From: Candidatus Omnitrophota bacterium
GTDB lineage: Bacteria; Omnitrophota; Gorgyraeia; Zapsychrales; JANLHA01
Direction: 5' to 3'
Length of the DNA stretch: 64,000 bases
Assembly: GCA_040753435.1 (NCBI GenBank)
Contig: JBFMEN010000052.1
Coordinates: 129 to 64,128 of the forward strand
Shown here: positions 58,111-64,000 of the stretch, piece after piece
How positions within the stretch are numbered: position 1 is the stretch's first letter
Layout: the number at the start of each line of letters is the position of its first letter
Made by a program: the position numbers and the translations under genes
Notes under the pieces: generated by a model
What the model was told of the DNA's origin: nothing
Databases searched by the model: none
The model's input: only the letters and a program-made list of their open reading frames with translations

Positions 58111-60708
58111 TTATTTGCGATTGGTTTTTTCGCTTTTCGTTCTTTCCCTTTCGCTTTTCGTTTTTAATAGGTTTAAAAAAGTCAGCGCCTCCAGAGGCGT
58201 CATGGTGTTTAAGTCGGCTGCTTCGATTTGTTTTTTTAACTCTTCAGCCACCGGGTCTCCTGGATGTAAAAATAAATCAAACTGGGGGTTTTGGGCTTCC
58301 TGATCCGTTGCCCCGACGGCCCCCCGGACGTCCTGGCTCCACTCGAGCTTTGTTAAAATCTTTTTTGCCCTTAAAATGATCGGTTGAGGGATGCCGGCGA
58401 GTTTGGCGACATAAATCCCGTAACTGTCGTCAGTCCCTCCCGGAACGATTTTATGCAAAAAAACAATTTGATCTTCCCATTCTTTCACGGCCACGTTATA
58501 GTTTTTTACCCCCGGGAGATCTTCGGCAAGAGCTGTTAATTCATGAAAATGAGTGGCAAATAAAGTCCGCGCTTTCGTCTGGTGCAGATATTCGGCAAGG
58601 GCCCAGGCCAGGCTAAGCCCGTCACAGGTAGACGTCCCCCGTCCGATTTCATCAAGGATTACAAGACTGCGGTCAGTGAGATTGTTGATAATGTCCGCCA
58701 TCTCGTTCATTTCCACCATAAATGTGCTTTGGCCTTTGGCGATGTCATCATGCGCCCCGATCCTGGTAAAGATTTTGTCGACGCAGCCGATTGTGGCAGA
58801 GGTCGCAGGAATGTAACTCCCCATTTGGGCCAGGATAACAAGAATCGCGGTCTGGCGGATATACGTGGATTTACCGGCCATATTCGGGCCTGTCAGAATG
58901 ACAAGATGATTCTCTGCGCGATCGAGCAGCGTATCATTCGGGACAAACGGAGTGTCGAGTCTTTTTTCGACGACAGGATGACGGCCGTCTTTGATATCGA
59001 TAACGGTCGTATCATTGATATCCGGAGCTGTGTAGCCGGCAAGGCCTGATAAAACGCTCAATGAGTACAAGGCGTCGACTTGTCCCGCCTGCCTGGCGAA
59101 TTCATGAAGAGCGTCGCTTTGTTCAAGGATCCGGGCGCGAAGCCGGAGTATGATTTCATCCTCGATCTTCAAAATCCGGTCCTGGGCGTTGAGGATTTTG
59201 TCTTCATATTCTTTAAGTTCCTGGATGATAAAACGCTCTCCGTTAACCAGGGTTTGTTTGCGAATATAGTTCTGGGGAACGGCGGCAAGATTGGCTTTGG
59301 TAATTTCAATATAATATCCGAAGATCTTGTTAAATCCGACCTTCAGGGAATTAATGCCTGTCCGTTGAATTTCTTTCTGCTGGAAATTTCTCAGCCATTC
59401 CCGTCCGTGTTCCTGAATCTCGCGCAGCTCGTCCAGCTCGGCATTATATCCTTTATGAATGACCTTGCCTTCGTGCTTTGTGAGCGGCATATCCGGATTA
59501 ACGGCTTTTTCCAGGAGGGAACGAAGATCCTCAATGTCATTGATCCGGAAAAGATTGTTATCTGTTTCAACATTTTTCAGGATTTCCCGTAACTCGGGAA
59601 TGAGATTCAGGGCGTTACGCACCGATAAAATGTCTTTGGGATTGATATAGCCGCATGATAAACGTGAAATACTCTTTTCGAGATCAGGCATTCGGCTTAA
59701 AGTTTCCCGAAGCCTTTTACAGGCATGCGAATTATTTTTTAATACGGTCACGGCATCCTGTCGATTGAGGATCGCGGCCGGCTCCCTGAGCGGATGAAGA
59801 AGCCAGAATTTCAATGTTCGTTTACCGACAGGAGAAAGGGTGTTATTGATCGTTTCGAAAAGGGATTCGATTTCAAGACCGTAAACGGCTGCCGGCGAGA
59901 TATAAGCGTAATCTGAATCGGAATAAAGGGATATCCGGTCGACATGACGCAGCGGCTGCCGGTTCATTTGTTTCAGATATTCGAGAAGGGCGCCGCAGCT
60001 TGATACCGCCGTTCGCATATCCTGGATCCCGAATCCGTGCAGATTAGCAAGGCGGAAATGTTCCCTCAGATTTTTGTCCGCAATCTCCGCGTTAAAGCAC
60101 CAGTCCTCATGGGCGGTTAACATAAGATGTTTTGTTTTGAAGCGGGGATGATTGACAAAAAGCTTTTTGATCTTTTCATCAAAGGAAATTGGATAAATAC
60201 ACTCATAAACAGGAAGCCGGGAAAGGATTTCCAGGCATTGACGGATATCGCGATATTGATTGGTGTAAATGGTCCCTGTTGCCGGATCGATAAAGGCAAT
60301 GCCTGTTTCCTTTTCTCCCGGACTGAGACATAAAAGATATCGGGTATCGGAGGACTGCTCATCCAGATATGTCCCGCTGGAAATAACCCGGATAACGTCA
60401 CGCCTGACAATATCTTTTGCTAACGCAGGATCCTCAACCTGTTCACAAATAGCGACTTTTAATCCTGATTTGATCAACCTGGCAATGTAATTATCGGCGG
60501 CATGGTAAGGGATACCGCACATGGGAACATTGGATGGGCCCTTTCCGCGGGAAGTCAGGACAAGATCGAGCAGACGGCTGGCGGTTTTAGCGTCCTCATA
60601 AAACATTTCATAGAAATCACCAAGGCGGAAAAACAAAATGCAATCATTGTGCCTTGCTTTGATCTGCCGGTACTGCTTCAGCATCGGGGTTTCTGTTTCA
60701 ACAGGCAT
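58111..60708 (-). CDS. mutS: DNA mismatch repair protein MutS
   Basis: N-terminus MPVETETPMLKQYRQIKARHNDCILFFRLGDFYEMFYEDA is the mismatch-binding domain. The Walker A motif is GPNMAGKSTYIRQ and the ABC signature is ILDEIGRGTST. The gene lies immediately upstream of mutL on the same strand. Confidence 0.95.
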   Translation of the reverse strand: MPVETETPMLKQYRQIKARHNDCILFFRLGDFYEMFYEDAKTASRLLDLVLTSRGKGPSNVPMCGIPYHAADNYIARLIKSGLKVAICEQVEDPALAKDIVRRDVIRVISSGTYLDEQSSDTRYLLCLSPGEKETGIAFIDPATGTIYTNQYRDIRQCLEILSRLPVYECIYPISFDEKIKKLFVNHPRFKTKHLMLTAHEDWCFNAEIADKNLREHFRLANLHGFGIQDMRTAVSSCGALLEYLKQMNRQPLRHVDRISLYSDSDYAYISPAAVYGLEIESLFETINNTLSPVGKRTLKFWLLHPLREPAAILNRQDAVTVLKNNSHACKRLRETLSRMPDLEKSISRLSCGYINPKDILSVRNALNLIPELREILKNVETDNNLFRINDIEDLRSLLEKAVNPDMPLTKHEGKVIHKGYNAELDELREIQEHGREWLRNFQQKEIQRTGINSLKVGFNKIFGYYIEITKANLAAVPQNYIRKQTLVNGERFIIQELKEYEDKILNAQDRILKIEDEIILRLRARILEQSDALHEFARQAGQVDALYSLSVLSGLAGYTAPDINDTTVIDIKDGRHPVVEKRLDTPFVPNDTLLDRAENHLVILTGPNMAGKSTYIRQTAILVILAQMGSYIPATSATIGCVDKIFTRIGAHDDIAKGQSTFMVEMNEMADIINNLTDRSLVILDEIGRGTSTCDGLSLAWALAEYLHQTKARTLFATHFHELTALAEDLPGVKNYNVAVKEWEDQIVFLHKIVPGGTDDSYGIYVAKLAGIPQPIILRAKKILTKLEWSQDVRGAVGATDQEAQNPQFDLFLHPGDPVAEELKKQIEAADLNTMTPLEALTFLNLLKTKSERERTKSEKTNRK

Positions 60709-60852
60709 AAGGCAATTATGAAATCACAAAATGGGAGGCAAATATTTGATTTTGCCGGCATTCCGGATTCATTTTAAGAATAAGGGGTTGAAATTTGCGC
60801 CTATCATACCATAAAAAGAGAAAAAGAGGAAACAACAAAGATAGCGTACAGG

Positions 60853-60881
60853 TTGAATTAAAAACAGCCCGATGATATAAT
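60853..60881 (+). promoter_or_regulatory. Near-consensus sigma70 promoter (TTGAAT, 17 nt spacer, TG-n-TATAAT) for the downstream + strand gene
   Basis: ttgaat at 60853-60858, tgatataat at 60873-60881 (extended -10), RBS aaggaagg before ATG 60925. It sits in the 216-nt divergent intergenic region shared with mutS. Confidence 0.55.
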
Positions 60882-60924
60882 CCATTTAAATTTAATAAGT
60901 TATAATTTTAAAAAAAGGAAGGTC

Positions 60925-62307
60925 ATGAATCCTTTTAATACCAGTAAGGTTGGGATATTTGAATGGGCAGTATTTGTCTGTTGCTTTCTTTTTTTGACCG
61001 GTAACTGTCTCGCTCAAAAAAGTTTGGTGGCGGAGGACCTGATCAGAAGCGGAAAAAAATATTATGAAAACGGGTATCATGATAAAGCCATCCATCAATT
61101 CAGCAAAGCGCTTCTGATTGAGCCGAAAAATCAGGAAGCACTGGAATATTTAGGAAAAATGGGTTTAAGCGGCGGCGTTTATGGCCAACCGGAATCTCAA
61201 CTGGACAAGATTCATGAATTGAGCGAGGAAATAGCGGCCTATCAGACCCGGGTAGGGGAGTTGAGCGATCAGCAGGACGCTCTTTCGCTGCATCTTCAGG
61301 AAGAGAAACAGCGGTTGGAAAATCTTATTATTGAAAAAGAACGCGAAAAAGAACTTTTATTGAATGATCATGAAGAACTGCGGGCTGTAGCTGAAATGAA
61401 GCTGAAAGAACAGCAGGAACAGCTGGCCGTTTTAGCAGCAAGCGAAGAGGCGAAAACCCGGGAAATAGTCAAGCTGCATACAAATTTATATTCCCTCAAA
61501 AATGAGTTAAGCGGAGGACTCGACGAACTTATTAATAAAAAACAGGAAATGGAACAGATCAGGATTGAATTCGAACAATATAAAAAAGATGAGGAATCCG
61601 CGGAGAAAGAATACCGTCAGGTTCAGATGAATATCGAACAAGAGCGGCTGGCTCTTGAAAAAGAGAGGGATGACTTGAAACATGAGGTGTTTACGGTCGA
61701 GAACGATAAACAACAAAAGATGAAAGCATTTGAGGATGTTCTGCGACAAAAAAATGCTGAACTCTTTTTGGAGAAAAATAAATCTGTCGCTAATTCTTAT
61801 GAATTGGCGAAACAGCGGCAGAATGTCCTTGATTTACGCACTAAACTGGAAAGTCTCCGGCAGGAGAAAAGCCGGCTTTCGCAGGAATCAGACGATCTGA
61901 AAGAGCAGATACATAAAATAAAATTGGCAAAGAAGCAAACCCCTGTCAAAATCAATGGCGATCAGTGGATTGATCATATAAAACGGCAGGATGACATAAT
62001 TGTTAATTTAAAGAGCCGGCTGATTATCCTTAAAGACGAAGTCGCTTCTTTTGCTGAAAGCGATAATAGCGGGCAGGTCCTGGAACTGACGAATCAAATC
62101 GAATCTTTGAAAAAAGAAATCCAGGAGAAGGAAGAAGAACTTAAATTTTCAGGGCAAAAGCAGGATATGCTGAAAATGAGGCTGGAAGAACACCAGAAAC
62201 GCTTAAAGATTGTCGACGAAATGATTCGTGAAAAGGAAGAGCACATTCTTTTCCTTGAAGAACAGGTGGGCCTTTATTCCAACGCCCCCGTTTATGGGGA
62301 GAAATAA
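60925..62307 (+). CDS. Secreted/membrane-anchored TPR plus long coiled-coil protein
   Basis: N-terminal hydrophobic segment WAVFVCCFLFLTGNCLA. TPR-like segment YYENGYHDKAIHQFSKALLIEPKNQEALEYLGKMG. About 350 aa follow with heptad-rich E/K/Q/L composition. Confidence 0.75.
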   Translation: MNPFNTSKVGIFEWAVFVCCFLFLTGNCLAQKSLVAEDLIRSGKKYYENGYHDKAIHQFSKALLIEPKNQEALEYLGKMGLSGGVYGQPESQLDKIHELSEEIAAYQTRVGELSDQQDALSLHLQEEKQRLENLIIEKEREKELLLNDHEELRAVAEMKLKEQQEQLAVLAASEEAKTREIVKLHTNLYSLKNELSGGLDELINKKQEMEQIRIEFEQYKKDEESAEKEYRQVQMNIEQERLALEKERDDLKHEVFTVENDKQQKMKAFEDVLRQKNAELFLEKNKSVANSYELAKQRQNVLDLRTKLESLRQEKSRLSQESDDLKEQIHKIKLAKKQTPVKINGDQWIDHIKRQDDIIVNLKSRLIILKDEVASFAESDNSGQVLELTNQIESLKKEIQEKEEELKFSGQKQDMLKMRLEEHQKRLKIVDEMIREKEEHILFLEEQVGLYSNAPVYGEK

Positions 62308-62311
62308 ATCG

Positions 62312-63064
62312 ATGAGTTTTGACAGAGAAGCTATCATTCAAAAAATAAATGACTTGATGCAGCGCTCTTTGACTGCCCAGCAAGTTTATGAATGGGCCCT
62401 GAGCGCGGCGCTAACAGCAGATTTTGAAGATTTTTCAGAGAAAGATGCGGTGGGCAGCAAAGCCATCAAAATGCTGGTGGATATAAATGAGGATCGGAAG
62501 GTTAGTGATCATGAGCTGAAAGTCCTGGAATATTATCGGCAGTGTCTTGGCGGAAAACGCGAGTTTCGCGATTCTTGCAGCGAAGAGGATCTTCCCGATG
62601 TGGATCCGGCCATATTGCTTAAATGGAAGGACGCTCAAGCTCCTGCATTGGAAATGGAGACTAAAACAACCAGGGATAAAATCCTTCACCAACTACGGAT
62701 TTATGTCTATGTCTATGCCAGTTTTCTTTTATTTATTAATTTAGCCATGCTTGTGGCTCTGGGAGGGCCATGGTCTGATAAACGCTCTGAAGCGATCATG
62801 ACTTTCCCTTTTTTTATTTATGGGCTTTTTTTGCTGTTGCCCATGGGAGTTATCTCCGGCGCCAGGATGTTTTTGGCATCAATGCCGTTATTTATTATGG
62901 GAATGGCTTATTTTTGGTTTAAGTTTTTTCAGACTTTATTTTTCCTCCCTGTTCATTGGGGAAATTTATTCATGTATTTTTTTATGGGAGCAATCCCCGC
63001 ATCAATGGCTGTCGGGCTTTTGGTTTATGAAAAGTTTATGAAGAATAAGCAAGCCGCCGACTGA
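62312..63064 (+). CDS. Polytopic inner-membrane protein of unknown function
   Basis: The track ORF 62228..63064 overlaps the upstream gene. ATG at 62312 lies 5 nt after the upstream TAA and gives MSFDREAIIQKINDLMQRS... C-terminal half has at least 4 TM helices (IYVYVYASFLLFINLAMLVALGG, FPFFIYGLFLLLPMGVISGA, MPLFIMGMAYFWFKFF, LFMYFFMGAIPASMAVGLLVY). Confidence 0.65.
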   Translation: MSFDREAIIQKINDLMQRSLTAQQVYEWALSAALTADFEDFSEKDAVGSKAIKMLVDINEDRKVSDHELKVLEYYRQCLGGKREFRDSCSEEDLPDVDPAILLKWKDAQAPALEMETKTTRDKILHQLRIYVYVYASFLLFINLAMLVALGGPWSDKRSEAIMTFPFFIYGLFLLLPMGVISGARMFLASMPLFIMGMAYFWFKFFQTLFFLPVHWGNLFMYFFMGAIPASMAVGLLVYEKFMKNKQAAD

Positions 63065-63080
63065 CAGTCAGGAGAGTATA

Positions 63081-63446
63081 ATGGGAAAGAAAATTTTAAT
63101 TATAGAAGATGATCAGGATATCGTGAGCCTTCTTGAATACAGGCTGATTTCCCAGGGATATGAAGTTTTGACCGCATTTGACGGCGCCAAGGGTTTGGAA
63201 CTGGCGAAAAACGCGATGCCTGACCTGATCACGCTGGATATTAATTTACCCGAAGTCAACGGATTCACGGTCTGCAGCATGCTCAAAGCAGATGAAGTTT
63301 ATCACTCCATCCCCATTATTGTCATTACCGCTAGAGACGGGTATGCGGACAACGTTTTTGATGAAACGGTCAAGCCTGAGGCGTATGTGACAAAGCCGTT
63401 TGATATGAATGAATTAATTGAGAAGATTGAAGCTCTGATCCATTAA
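63081..63446 (+). CDS. Single-domain CheY-like response regulator (receiver domain)
   Basis: RBS aggaga. KILIIEDDQDIVSLL...PDLITLDINLPEVNGF...IPIIVITARDGYADNV...YVTKPFDMNEL has the receiver Asp pair (EDD), the phospho-acceptor Asp in LDINLP, and the T and K positions. Confidence 0.9.
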   Translation: MGKKILIIEDDQDIVSLLEYRLISQGYEVLTAFDGAKGLELAKNAMPDLITLDINLPEVNGFTVCSMLKADEVYHSIPIIVITARDGYADNVFDETVKPEAYVTKPFDMNELIEKIEALIH

Positions 63447-63513
63447 TACCACGAATGCGTTTCTTTCGGCTGTCTGCAGACGGACAGGCTTGATGCTTCG
63501 AAGTTTGGGACTT

Positions 63514-63990
63514 GGTTTTTATTATGCGTCTTACTTTCTTAGGTTTGGGTTGGGAGCAGCTTGGGCTCGCCCAGCTTTCCGCAATTGCCCGGGAACACGG
63601 GCACCAGACCGGCCTTGCTTTCAGCGCCGGTCTTTTTAATGATCGTTATAATTTACACATCCCTCTTCTTGCCGCCTGTTTTAATGATGACGCCGATGTC
63701 GTTTCAGAAATCATCCGTCAGAAACCCGATGCCCTCGTTTGTTCGCCTTTAACTTCCACATATCAATGGACGCTTGAGATTGTTAAAGAAGTCCGTCTTG
63801 TACTGCCGGGAGTGAAAACGATTTTCGGCGGAGTTCATGTCAGCGCCGTCCCCGAGCGGGTTATCTTGCGGGATGAGGTTGATTATCTTTGTGTCGGGGA
63901 GGGGGATCGTGCCTTCCTGCGAATCCTTGAAGCTGTTTCCAGGAACGGATCGCAGACGCCGATTGAAAATGTCTGGTTTAAAACTTCTGG
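63514..63990 (+). CDS. B12-binding-domain radical SAM-like protein, N-terminal part (3' end outside window)
   Basis: The frame from ATG 63514 is open to the window end: MRLTFLGLGWEQLGLAQLSAIAREHGHQTGLAFS...KTIFGGVHVSAVPERVILRDEVDYLCVGEGDRAFLRILEAV. It matches the cobalamin-binding domain signature GG.H.S..PE..L....DY...GEGE..F of class B radical SAM enzymes. The track ORF 63561..63752 is in a different frame. Confidence 0.6.
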
Positions 63991-64000
63991 CGGCGCCGTG

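Noticed and set aside
63561-63752. Track ORF 63561..63752(+) (63 aa)
   Set aside because: It is superseded by the alternative frame starting at ATG 63514, which is open to the window end and carries a B12-binding-domain signature.
1-63990. Prophage, integrase, transposase or IS element associated with the direct repeats
   Set aside because: No integrase, transposase or recombinase-like ORF was seen in any frame in the window. The direct repeats are therefore reported only as repeats of unknown mechanism.

Overview
Window of 63,990 nt, apparently chromosomal DNA from an uncultivated bacterium. By inference only, giant genes of this kind are known from Omnitrophota-like and episymbiotic lineages. 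Positions 1-41,643 are one uninterrupted + strand ORF of at least 13,873 aa. The frame is still open at nt 1, so the gene probably begins upstream of the window. It encodes a mosaic giant protein carrying several internal tandem repeats, a TM hairpin and a central multi-pass TM block. Its enzymatic domains include a cell-wall-attacking cluster (NlpC/P60- or CHAP-like Cys peptidase, SLT-like lytic transglycosylase, clan GH-A glycosidase) and a 2H (LigT-like) phosphoesterase flanked by a duplicated module. Further on are two tandem LOG/SLOG-like Rossmann domains, a SAM-methyltransferase-like domain, a histidine-kinase core (H-box plus HATPase_c), a second GHKL ATPase domain and 3.5 C-terminal tandem repeats of about 630 nt. 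Downstream lies an AT-richer co-directional block of three paralogous secreted proteins (1652, 864 and 1049 aa). They share about 360 N-terminal residues and a short C-terminal module but carry different central 'cargo' domains: CofD/YvcK-like, HAD-phosphatase-like and methyltransferase-like. Next come an HMGL-like (DRE-TIM) aldolase, a type IV pilin-like gene with a duplicated 3'-end fragment just upstream, and KDPG aldolase (eda). A palindrome-rich element of about 230 nt occurs twice in direct orientation (41.65 kb and 55.81 kb) and brackets that 14-kb block. One copy carries a G10 homopolymer; the other forms the eda terminator. The window ends with mutS-mutL on the minus strand, a divergent TPR/coiled-coil secreted protein with a near-consensus sigma70 promoter, a polytopic membrane protein, a CheY-like response regulator and the 5' part of a B12-binding radical-SAM-like gene. 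A short D-x-A-M-L-T motif recurs at module junctions in the giant protein and the paralogs. No rRNA, tRNA, CRISPR array or integrase was found.
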